From Bacilli bacterium (GTDB lineage Bacteria > Bacillota_I > Bacilli_A > RFN20 > CAG-826), in the NCBI GenBank assembly GCA_035367155.1, contig DAOSJI010000003.1, forward strand, positions 11 to 64,010: a stretch of 64,000 bases of DNA, read 5' to 3'. Under the pieces are notes generated by a model, which was not told where the DNA came from, did not search any database, and was given only the letters and a program-made list of their open reading frames with translations. A program made the position numbers and the translations under genes. Numbering within the stretch: position 1 is the stretch's first letter; every line of letters begins with the position of its first letter. Of this stretch, positions 1-7,886 are shown piece after piece.

Positions 1-45
1 TGGGACTATCTTTGGACCGGGGTTCGACTCCCCGCATCTCCACCA
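1..45 (+). ncRNA. ssrA: 3' end of tmRNA (ssrA), partial. It runs off the window start and contains a T-arm and acceptor 3' strand ending CCA.
   Basis: The sequence GGACCGGGGTTCGACTCCCCGCATCTCCACCA has a T-loop TTCGACT and an acceptor 3' strand UCUCCA-CCA compatible with a G3:U70 alanine-type acceptor. It closely resembles the Bacillus tmRNA 3' end (…GGGTTCGACTCCCACCGTCTCCACCA). A tRNA-Ala 3' end cannot be fully excluded. Confidence 0.55.
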
Positions 46-51
46 GAAAAC

Positions 52-80
52 AAAAAAACGCTGTTTTTGCAGCGTTTTTC
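52..80. terminator. Bidirectional rho-independent terminator between ssrA and the convergent minus-strand gene
   Basis: An A7 run is followed by the stem ACGCTG / CAGCGT with loop TTTTTG, then a T4 run. An A-run precedes it and a T-run follows, so it can terminate both strands. Confidence 0.6.
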
Positions 81-85
81 TAAAT

Positions 86-556
86 TTAGCATTGTTTTGC
101 TTGTTTTCTTTTTACGAAAATATAATAACACGCGATTGCTCCTATACCTGCAAAAGAGACAAGAAGAAGCGCGTTATTCGTATTACTCTTCTTTAATAAA
201 CCAATTAATGGTGTTGTAGTATTAAGGTTAACCCACTCAGTTATATATTCATGTCGCTCAATAGCGCTTATAACATTAGAATCACTACTACTATAAAAAG
301 CGGTTTGTCCTTCTTGAGTCATAGCACCAATTGCCCAATCTAATACGGGTAGTACAGTAGCACAGCACCCCTGAGCATTATTTCCGTTACCATAAAGAAT
401 GTCATTAGTTATACTCATAACTTCATTACTAGGCGTCATTGTCGATTTATCTACAAATAATTCTACTGAACGCTCGTGGTTTGTACCTAAAAGACCAAAC
501 GTATTAAAAAACAGTGAATTTGAATGATATTTAATTTGACGTAAGGAATTATTCAC
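86..556 (-). CDS. Hypothetical protein with a C-terminal transmembrane anchor and basic tail, possibly a C-terminal fragment of a tail-anchored surface protein. The ORF stays open upstream to 694 with no ATG/GTG/TTG.
   Basis: The ORF track gives a GTG-initiated 156 aa product. The C-terminus LLLVSFAGIGAIACYYIFVKRKQAKQC is a TM helix plus basic tail, like the anchor of the 1143..3806 product. The 46 in-frame codons upstream of the GTG contain no canonical start. Confidence 0.35.
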   Translation of the reverse strand: MNNSLRQIKYHSNSLFFNTFGLLGTNHERSVELFVDKSTMTPSNEVMSITNDILYGNGNNAQGCCATVLPVLDWAIGAMTQEGQTAFYSSSDSNVISAIERHEYITEWVNLNTTTPLIGLLKKSNTNNALLLVSFAGIGAIACYYIFVKRKQAKQC

Positions 557-958
557 GCTTGTTTTAATAACGGCAGGTGAAGAAACTGTATCGGGTGAAT
601 ATTTCGCAGCTTCAAAAGTAATTTCCCATGAAGAAGTAGGACCTTTTGAAGATACTAAATGAATACCATTAGTTAGCGAACCTAAGTAAAGAGTTTACAT
701 TAAGAGAATATATAACGCAAGAAAAAGATGTTTGCGATAACAAATGCGATGCTATGTGATTTTTAGTTGACAATTGTTGTTAATTAAAAATACTATAGTA
801 ATTATTATGCAAATTTTGTCTCCTTTACTCATTAATTATTGACATAATTTGCTATTTTTAAAAGAATTGCGTTATATATAGTTAATAGAAAAAAATGTTG
901 TTCACAACATTAATGTCTCATTAACAAAACAATTGTAATTAACAAGTTATTAATTACT

Positions 959-967
959 TGCTATAAT
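959..967 (+). promoter_or_regulatory. Extended -10 promoter element (TGcTATAAT) upstream of the surface nuclease gene
   Basis: TGCTATAAT at 959-967. A downstream RBS-like GAAAGGG lies at 983-989. Confidence 0.35.
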
Positions 968-1142
968 AAAGCCACCAACCAAGAAAGGGCATAATATAAA
1001 TAATAAATTTAAAAAGCTCCGTTCCTTAACTTTAATTTTATCAATTACCTTTAGCGCTGTACTATCAGGGCTATTTTTTAGTAAAGGGACGAAAAAAGAA
1101 ATAGTAACAAGTGCATATGATAACACTTCAATACCTGCAACG

Positions 1143-3806
1143 ATGAATATCGACCTAAATTATCCAACAGATGCATCTATAAGAAATTACTATAGTGCTC
1201 TAAATTCACTTCCTAATAGTGAAAAGCAAGGCGAAAATCTTCTTAAAAATTTAAAACCTATTTTGAAAAATGGGCAAAAATATCATAAATATGATAGTTC
1301 AACTAATCTTTGGAGAATTTATGAAATAGCTATGAGGGACTGGGAAAAATCACCTGCAAGTGAAATCCAGGGTTATAGTTCAGCTACAAATACAATAAGT
1401 AACTATTCGTTTACAGATGGTACAGACCCATATGTACATGCCTTTTTTGTTAATAGAAATGTAGATAATCAAACTGTTGCAAGGGCAGATCATTCTCAAA
1501 CGAATTGGGGCATAAATCGAGAACATATTTGGCCAAACTCATTAGGATATAACGGTGCGGACATGAAAAATGCTGGCGCAAGAGGAGACCCGATGAGTGT
1601 AATGGCCGCTAATGGATATGCAAACAATATTCATAGTAATAATTTATATGGTTTTGTTGATAAAAATAAAACTTATACGGACTGTGGTACCAAGTATTAT
1701 TTTTTAACTGGAAATCTCAGCGGAAAAAGTAAAACTCTAGGAGGAAACGACACTGTATTTGAACCACAAGATAGTGATAAAGGCGATATTGCTCGTGCTG
1801 TTTTTTATATGGTTGCTAGATATAACTATTTATCTGGTAGTGATCCAGATGGCATTAATTCTGATAATCCAAATCTTACTCTAGTACAGTCATCAACTGT
1901 CCCATCTAGTTATTATTCAACTACAACAAACCCCGGCATAATGGGCATCATTTCAGATTTATTAGCCTGGCATCATCTTGATCCAGTTGATGAAGTGGAG
2001 ATAAAAAGAAACAATCTTCTTTATACTAATTTTACAAGTAATCGAAACCCATTTGTTGATTTCCCTGAATGGGTTGACTACATTTGGGGAACCGCTAATT
2101 TAGATGGAACTAATTATTCACCTACTCCGACCGGAGTTGCAGATCCTACTAGTGATCCACTTAACCAGTTCGCAACTGCAGTTGCACCAACTTCAATTAC
2201 TTTGAACGCTACAACACATTCAATGGAAGTAGGAAATACATTCCAAGCTTCAGTTGTAAGTACTATTCCTGCTGATGCTTCAAAATCAGTTAATTGGTCA
2301 GTTCAAAGCGGAGGGACATACGCTTCGGTTTCTGCCACCGGTTTAATTACTGGTTTAGCTGCAGGTAGTGCTGTTATTAAAGCAACCTCAACTTTAGATC
2401 CAAACGTAAGTGCAACGATAAGTGTTACTGTTACTCCACCACTAATACCTGTATCAAGTGTTACGTTAAATAAAAACACTTTAACTCTAGAAACAGGAGC
2501 AAACGAGACACTAATTGCAACTGTTTTACCAAATAATGCAACAAATAAGAATGTAACTTGGTCTACTGATAATGGATCTGTTGCTACTGTTGACAGTACT
2601 GGTAAAGTTACAGCTGTAAGTTCAGGAACTGCAACAATTACAGTTACCTCACAATTTGATTCAACAAAAAAAGACACGTGTGTTGTAACGGTAAATAAAC
2701 CTGTTACAAGTGTTACTTTAAATAAAAACACACTTTCATTAGAAGTAGGTGGAAGTGAAACCTTAATAGCTACTGTTTTACCTACTGACGCAACAAATAA
2801 GAATGTAATATGGTCAACTAGCAATAACTCAGTTGCAACAGTAAACAGTGCTGGTTTAGTAAATGCAGTTAGTAGCGGAACAGCCACGATTACTGCAACA
2901 TCTCAGTATGATGGAACTAAAAAAGATACATGTGTTGTAACGGTAACTGCAGCAATTCCTGATCCAACCGAGCTTTTGACTGGGAATTCACCATACTTAA
3001 ACGGTGTTGCCTATAAAATGTATTTTGTTAATACTCAATCTAGCAGTACACATTATTTTTCTGGTAGTATGTCAGGTTATTATGGTACTACTACAACAAC
3101 TAAATCCGATGGTGTAGATGTATATTTTGAAAAAAGTGGAACTGGTCAAAACATTTATTTCTTTAATTCGGGTGTTAAAAACTACTTTAAAGTAACATTA
3201 AGTGGTAGTTATAAGAATTTTACATATCAATCAACTGTTCCTGAAGCGCCGTGGTATTATTCCGAAGTTTATCAAACGATGACTTATACAATAGATACGA
3301 AAGAATATACTTTTGGAACTTACTGGACCCATACTACATTTGGGGCATTTATGCTTGAACAATACCCAGATAATTATAAGGTTCAGTTTGAAACAACTGA
3401 CGCTACTAGTGCAACCCCATATTCAAATGCCTTCCTTCAATATCTTATCTGTAATGCGAGCGGGACAAGTGCTCCGGGTTATACAAATTCGCAGTCATGG
3501 GCATCACTTAAACGAGTATACATGAATCTTGATTCTACCGCCAAAAACCAACTATTAAATGCAAATTCCAATCCAAATGGAACAGATGTCGAAAAAGCAA
3601 TGGCCCGATACGACTATATTGTTGGAAAATATGGAACTGCTTCTTTTGAAGATTTTATTGGAAGAAACCCAGCACCAATTTCACCACTATTTAATTATCA
3701 ACCACGAGAAGTTATTGTAAGATACGGATTAGGGGCGATTGTTATAGTTGTTGGAATTGGGATGACGTTTTTCTATATTAGAACAAACAAGAAAAAAGAA
3801 CAATAG
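1143..3806 (+). CDS. Membrane-anchored extracellular nuclease: Endonuclease-I-like N-terminal domain, three Big_2 Ig-like domains, a C-terminal domain, and a C-terminal TM anchor. The true start is probably upstream, near 996.
   Basis: Endonuclease I family motifs: REHIWPNSLGY and GDIARAVFYMVARY. Three Big_2-like repeats (…VTLNKNTL.LE.G..ETLIATVLP.DATNKNV.WST.N.SVATV…SSGTATIT…). The C-terminus GAIVIVVGIGMTFFYIRTNKKKEQ is a TM helix plus basic tail. The in-frame codons 1005-1142 encode KFKKLRSLTLILSITFSAVLSGLFFSKG, a signal-peptide-like segment lacking an ATG. Confidence 0.7.
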   Translation: MNIDLNYPTDASIRNYYSALNSLPNSEKQGENLLKNLKPILKNGQKYHKYDSSTNLWRIYEIAMRDWEKSPASEIQGYSSATNTISNYSFTDGTDPYVHAFFVNRNVDNQTVARADHSQTNWGINREHIWPNSLGYNGADMKNAGARGDPMSVMAANGYANNIHSNNLYGFVDKNKTYTDCGTKYYFLTGNLSGKSKTLGGNDTVFEPQDSDKGDIARAVFYMVARYNYLSGSDPDGINSDNPNLTLVQSSTVPSSYYSTTTNPGIMGIISDLLAWHHLDPVDEVEIKRNNLLYTNFTSNRNPFVDFPEWVDYIWGTANLDGTNYSPTPTGVADPTSDPLNQFATAVAPTSITLNATTHSMEVGNTFQASVVSTIPADASKSVNWSVQSGGTYASVSATGLITGLAAGSAVIKATSTLDPNVSATISVTVTPPLIPVSSVTLNKNTLTLETGANETLIATVLPNNATNKNVTWSTDNGSVATVDSTGKVTAVSSGTATITVTSQFDSTKKDTCVVTVNKPVTSVTLNKNTLSLEVGGSETLIATVLPTDATNKNVIWSTSNNSVATVNSAGLVNAVSSGTATITATSQYDGTKKDTCVVTVTAAIPDPTELLTGNSPYLNGVAYKMYFVNTQSSSTHYFSGSMSGYYGTTTTTKSDGVDVYFEKSGTGQNIYFFNSGVKNYFKVTLSGSYKNFTYQSTVPEAPWYYSEVYQTMTYTIDTKEYTFGTYWTHTTFGAFMLEQYPDNYKVQFETTDATSATPYSNAFLQYLICNASGTSAPGYTNSQSWASLKRVYMNLDSTAKNQLLNANSNPNGTDVEKAMARYDYIVGKYGTASFEDFIGRNPAPISPLFNYQPREVIVRYGLGAIVIVVGIGMTFFYIRTNKKKEQ
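2455..2943 (+). repeat. Intragenic tandem repeat (2 x ~243 bp, ~80% identical) encoding the second and third Big_2 domains
   Basis: Direct comparison of 2455-2699 and 2700-2943 shows colinear near-identical stretches. Examples are aataaaaacac…ctgttttacc…gcaacaaataagaatgtaa…tgtgttgtaacggtaa. Confidence 0.8.
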
Positions 3807-3828
3807 TCTACAAAAATAACATTAATTA

Positions 3829-3865
3829 TACAAAAACGGAGCCGATATCTCGACTCCGTTTTATT
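3829..3865. terminator. Bidirectional terminator between convergent genes
   Basis: AAAAACGGAGCCGATATCTCGACTCCGTTTTATT has the stem ACGGAG / CTCCGT flanked by an A-run and a T-run. Confidence 0.55.
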
Positions 3866-3878
3866 ATATTTGTTATTT

Positions 3879-4325
3879 CTAAGTGATATAGTTATATGTT
3901 ACTGTGACTTCATTTGTTTCTTCGTCGACTGTTACGACTTTTTCGAATCTATATGTTTCATCGCCATCGATTTTAATGTCAATGTAGAGTTTGCCGTCTT
4001 CTTCAACATATTCTACTTCGTATTTAAGTCCATCAATTCTAATTTCAAGTTCAAGTTCACTATCTTCGTTTTCGAATTCTAAGAAGAAGTCGCGTGTTAC
4101 TTGACCGTTAGTAACTACATAGTAATGGAATTTTTCTTCGTATTCGTAGTCTGGTTGACCTTCAGTACCTTCAATTTCAATTTCTTGACGGATTACAATG
4201 TAATTTGCATCATCTTTCCAAAGAGCGAATATTAATTCAGTTTCTGTTTCATCAGCTTCAACTTCATGTTCAGCTTTTGCTCTAAATGGATATTCGTTTT
4301 CGCTTACAACAGCGATACCTTCCAT
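3879..4325 (-). CDS. Highly acidic hypothetical protein (DUF1292-like character)
   Basis: The 148 aa product is extremely D/E-rich with alternating hydrophobic/acidic beta-strand-like segments, for example DGKLYIDIKIDGDETYRFEKVVTVDEE. Its style resembles small acidic DUF1292/YrzB-type proteins of Firmicutes. Family assignment is from memory only. Confidence 0.45.
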   Translation of the reverse strand: MEGIAVVSENEYPFRAKAEHEVEADETETELIFALWKDDANYIVIRQEIEIEGTEGQPDYEYEEKFHYYVVTNGQVTRDFFLEFENEDSELELEIRIDGLKYEVEYVEEDGKLYIDIKIDGDETYRFEKVVTVDEETNEVTVTYNYIT

Positions 4326-4356
4326 TTTGTAGAGAGTTTCGATTCAATAAAAACTA

Positions 4357-4920
4357 TTGCTAATGCAAAAAGATCCTACTTCAGAAGCTTATATAAAAAT
4401 TAAAGGCGGAGCGACAGTCAAACTATACAAAAACGCATCATATGATGTGAATTTAGAAATTAATTTTGAAACTATGTCAAATTTTGGCATAAAATATCCA
4501 ACGCAAATTCTTAAACAAAAACAAACTAATGCTTGGAAAGATGGAAAAATGTATATTACAAGCATGCAATCTTTCGTTCAAGAACAAAACATTTTTAATA
4601 TTATGGAAATAGAACAAGAAGATCTAGCAGAGTATCCATTAATTTTAGATGATATCATTGATATCGAAACTTTCATGGATAGTCCTCTATTTATAGATAC
4701 CGAGGGTAATTACCATTTCATACAAGAAATGTATTCATATCAAGTTGTTCCATTCGGCAGTCAATTTTATCATGAGGTTGTCGATCTTTATATGGATGTA
4801 GTATTAAATAAAAATTTAGAACTCGTTAGAAGTTATGTTGAAGAAACAATTAAACGAAGTAAATTTAACGATGAAAAAAACGAGCAAAAAATGAACTTGA
4901 TACGATTATGCAGGAAATAA
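4357..4920 (+). CDS. Hypothetical acidic protein
   Basis: A 187 aa ORF with no recognisable motif. It diverges from the 3879..4325 gene with only 31 bp between the start codons, so its true start may lie further downstream. Confidence 0.4.
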   Translation: MLMQKDPTSEAYIKIKGGATVKLYKNASYDVNLEINFETMSNFGIKYPTQILKQKQTNAWKDGKMYITSMQSFVQEQNIFNIMEIEQEDLAEYPLILDDIIDIETFMDSPLFIDTEGNYHFIQEMYSYQVVPFGSQFYHEVVDLYMDVVLNKNLELVRSYVEETIKRSKFNDEKNEQKMNLIRLCRK

Positions 4921-5324
4921 TAGATACGAATATTAAATACGGTGAACCAGCTGCAATGCCTAATCTTGATGAATTTATTGCTAATTTCCCTAAAACTTTT
5001 ATTCAATCACTTACGAGTATTCGCATGGTTTGCTCCCCTGCAGCATATAACTCTTCAGATGAATTAGTCGTTGATACTGAAACAGTTATTTGGGCAGCTC
5101 AAAATCACATACAAGCAGAAACTACCAGCACTGGAGGTGCTAAAGCTGATTATTTATCAACTGATGCTGGACTTAAAAAATTTGAAGCTATTTCTTTTGA
5201 ATTAGAATATACGGATGCTAGATTTGATGAAGATTGCTCGTTTGAGACTTTCTCTCACAGCGAACCTATTAACTTAGAAGAAGGTATTGCTGAGCACCTA
5301 AGTGATGATGTTAAAGTAGTATAG
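4908..5324 (+). CDS. Hypothetical acidic protein. It ends at an in-frame TAG (5322-5324) after which the frame stays open to 5491.
   Basis: A 138 aa ORF whose ATG overlaps the end of the previous ORF. After the TAG, 55 further sense codons follow in the same frame (VGDSYYLVYASTEDGAPNIISASIAFDYKINPVESEMLPFGEVEISNILVRRYIL) before TAA at 5489-5491. Confidence 0.4.
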   Translation: MQEIIDTNIKYGEPAAMPNLDEFIANFPKTFIQSLTSIRMVCSPAAYNSSDELVVDTETVIWAAQNHIQAETTSTGGAKADYLSTDAGLKKFEAISFELEYTDARFDEDCSFETFSHSEPINLEEGIAEHLSDDVKVV

Positions 5325-5511
5325 GTAGGTGATAGTTACTACCTTGTTTATGCTTCAACCGAAGATGGTGCTCCAAATATAATTTCAGCTAGTATTGCGT
5401 TTGATTACAAAATTAATCCAGTAGAAAGTGAAATGTTACCATTTGGAGAGGTTGAAATTTCAAACATTTTAGTTCGTAGATATATATTATAAAAAGCAAA
5501 AATCCATAAAA

Positions 5512-5560
5512 AAAGGGGCTGTTCGAAAACCTAAAAGGTGAACGATAGCCCCCTTTTTTA
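5512..5560. terminator. Bidirectional terminator between convergent genes
   Basis: AAAAAAAGGGGCT…AGCCCCCTTTTTT has the GC stem GGGGCT / AGCCCC, flanked by an A-run and a T-run. Confidence 0.55.
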
Positions 5561-5572
5561 TAATTAGTATTA

Positions 5573-6355
5573 TTAAAGTATTTCGCTTATGTCATTAAAA
5601 ACATAATCAGGTTTATAAGAAACTTTTTCTAGATCAGTTAGTTTTGTTTCGCCACTTAAAACTAAAACAGAAGTAATACCAGAATTAAGCGCACCTAAAA
5701 TATCAGTATATAAGCGGTCACCAATAACAACAGATTCTTCTATTGTTGCATTCATTTTTAATAATGCAAGACGAAAGAACTCTATTGAAGGTTTACCAAT
5801 AAAATGTGGAGTTTTTCCAGTAGCATTTTTAATCATATGAGCAAATGAGCCGCAGTCCGGTACAAAACCAAATGTTGTAGGACATACGAGATCTGGATTT
5901 GTAGCAATATAGGGGATATCTTTAAGAGTTAGGAGTTCACTAAGATCCCAAAGTTTTTGATAAGTTAGCTCCCTATCATAACTAAGAAGTACAACTTCGG
6001 CATCTTTACTTTCAACTAGATTAATACCTTCTTCAACAAGATATTTTCTAAAAGATTCAGTACCAACTAAGAACACTTTAGCTCCTTTATGATAACGATT
6101 TAAATAAATTACCGTTGCTTGCGCGGCTGTAAAAAACTCCTCTTTTGTAACTTTTATACCTAATTTGTCAAGTTTTTTAATGTAATCTTCATCTGATGTA
6201 GAGGTGTTGTTGGTAATTAAAACATAGCGACCCCCTCTTTTTTTGATTTCATCTAAAAAGAGAGGTGTCGCTTTAAAAAGAACATTACCTTTATATAGTG
6301 TTCCGTCTTGATCAAGAAGAAACAATTTTTTATTTTTTAAATTTTTATTCATCAA
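5573..6355 (-). CDS. HAD-superfamily hydrolase, subfamily IIA (NagD/YutF-like sugar-phosphatase type)
   Basis: Motif I is LLDQDGTLY. Motif II is LITNNTS. Motif IV is GDRLYTDILGA. Confidence 0.7.
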   Translation of the reverse strand: MMNKNLKNKKLFLLDQDGTLYKGNVLFKATPLFLDEIKKRGGRYVLITNNTSTSDEDYIKKLDKLGIKVTKEEFFTAAQATVIYLNRYHKGAKVFLVGTESFRKYLVEEGINLVESKDAEVVLLSYDRELTYQKLWDLSELLTLKDIPYIATNPDLVCPTTFGFVPDCGSFAHMIKNATGKTPHFIGKPSIEFFRLALLKMNATIEESVVIGDRLYTDILGALNSGITSVLVLSGETKLTDLEKVSYKPDYVFNDISEIL

Positions 6356-7886
6356 TTGGTTCGTCTGCAGTTACTTCTTCAACAATAACTGATTCGTTAG
6401 AAGTAGTTTCGGCTGCTAATTTAGGTGTATCTATTTTCTTTGCATCACCATGTTTAACAAAGAACATAGTAACAAATGCTAAAGCACTAAAGACTGTACA
6501 GTAATAGAATAAGGGACGATAACTACCTACCAAGTCCATAATTAAACCACTTAAAATGGGGGTAACAATTTGAGCACTCATTGAAGCAGAGTAGTAATAA
6601 CCTGTATATACTCCAACATTTTCTTCGGTTGATAGTTCAACAACCATTGGGTAGCTATTAACATTAATAGTTGCCCAGCCAATGCCTGCTGTACCCATCG
6701 TAATATACATTAAGAATGCGGTTCTTGGACCAGCAAAAATGGCAAGCAAGAATGCTACGGTTAAAATAATAATACCTGCAAGTATCGTTTTACGACGGCC
6801 AAATTTGGTACTAATAAAACCAATTGGAACGAAGGCAACAAATGCGGTAGCATAAGCAACAATAAGTGGAAGTGTAAATGTCTTTTGGTCTAAAACATTA
6901 GTAGCATAAAGAGCAAATTTACTTGTAGCAGCGTTATAGGCCATAAACCATAAAACGACAGATGAAAGAATAAGAATGAAACTCTTTCTAACATCTTTTG
7001 GCATCTTATGATGTGGTTTTTTACCTTTTTCAGGTTCTACAAATTCTTCTTCAACTGCTAGATCGTATTGAAGTGAGATTTTTCTCATGTCTTCAACCCA
7101 TTTTCTTTCGCGAACTGTGCTCAAGAAAACTGCTAGCATGATAAGCATAATAATTGAAGTTGCTACAATTGCAGGAACATAACGATAATCTGCAAAAATA
7201 GAAGATGTTTCATTTGTTAAAAAAGTCATATAACCAAGCGAAATAATACCTCCAACAGTACCCATTAAATTAATAACAGCATTTGCTTTACTTCTTAATG
7301 GTTTTGGTGTTACGTCCGGCATTAAGCTAACAGCCGGTGTTCTAAATGAGCTCATAGCAACAAGAACAACAAGAAGAATTAGAATAAAAAATACTAGATA
7401 AGTTGGATTCGCTTTAGTTACTTCTTTAAAAACTAAAGCAGATCTAACCATAGAAACTTCTCCCTTATCTGCAACTCCGGTTGTAAAATAGTGAACATCA
7501 TTAACTAAAAAATTATAAAGTGGAGCATCTCCAGACTCAACTTCTACAACTGGCCCAATTCCGTGGGCTTGTACCGCTTGATATTGATAGAAGTCAAAAA
7601 TTCCTACACCTACAATTAAAATGGCAGCGACAATAGTTCCAATAATAATATATGGCGTTCTACGACCGAGTTTTGTATTGGTACGGTCGCTCAATAAACC
7701 AAAGACTGGTAATAAGATTAGTGCAAGAATATTATCAAGTGCAAGAACAACACCAGACCATGTTTGATTGAAGCCAAATGTATCTACAAGCATTTTGCCC
7801 ATGATGCCATCATACATTTGCCAAAAAAGGCTGATAAGCATAAAAGCAAAACCGACGAGTACCGTTCGTTTTACATTAAGTTTCAT
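6345..7886 (-). CDS. MFS-type transporter (GPH/MFS_2-like) with a long inserted extracytoplasmic loop. It probably takes up glycerophosphodiester or a sugar.
   Basis: The 513 aa product has about 12 predicted TM segments. The motif SDRTNTKLGRRTPYII is typical of GPH-family symporters. It overlaps the upstream glycerophosphodiesterase gene by 11 nt, indicating an operon. Confidence 0.6.
   Translation of the reverse strand: MKLNVKRTVLVGFAFMLISLFWQMYDGIMGKMLVDTFGFNQTWSGVVLALDNILALILLPVFGLLSDRTNTKLGRRTPYIIIGTIVAAILIVGVGIFDFYQYQAVQAHGIGPVVEVESGDAPLYNFLVNDVHYFTTGVADKGEVSMVRSALVFKEVTKANPTYLVFFILILLVVLVAMSSFRTPAVSLMPDVTPKPLRSKANAVINLMGTVGGIISLGYMTFLTNETSSIFADYRYVPAIVATSIIMLIMLAVFLSTVRERKWVEDMRKISLQYDLAVEEEFVEPEKGKKPHHKMPKDVRKSFILILSSVVLWFMAYNAATSKFALYATNVLDQKTFTLPLIVAYATAFVAFVPIGFISTKFGRRKTILAGIIILTVAFLLAIFAGPRTAFLMYITMGTAGIGWATINVNSYPMVVELSTEENVGVYTGYYYSASMSAQIVTPILSGLIMDLVGSYRPLFYYCTVFSALAFVTMFFVKHGDAKKIDTPKLAAETTSNESVIVEEVTADEPIDE

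Noticed and set aside
557-1142. 586-bp AT-rich intergenic region as a possible ncRNA or CRISPR leader
   Set aside because: There are no repeats, no GC-rich structured segment and no conserved motif. It reads as promoter-rich spacer DNA with several TTGACA/TATAAT-like hexamers.
2303-2887. 194-aa minus-strand ORF inside the nuclease gene
   Set aside because: It lies wholly inside the well-supported Big_2 repeat region on the opposite strand. Low-complexity V/T/L composition is typical of antisense translation of repeat-coding DNA.
3313-3525. 70-aa plus-strand ORF in an alternative frame within the nuclease gene
   Set aside because: It is embedded in a longer, motif-supported CDS and has no RBS.
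4357-5324. Possibility that ORFs 4357..4920 and 4908..5324 are one frameshifted gene
   Set aside because: The downstream frame has stop codons at 4890-4892 and 4896-4898 immediately before its ATG. The join would therefore have to occur inside a 10-nt non-slippery stretch. Two coupled genes is the simpler reading.
1-5570. Genomic island or prophage integrated at the ssrA 3' end
   Set aside because: There is no integrase or recombinase, and no visible direct repeat of the tmRNA 3' end. I could not find a second copy of GGTTCGACTCC in the first ~9 kb by eye. Only a gene-remnant signature is present.
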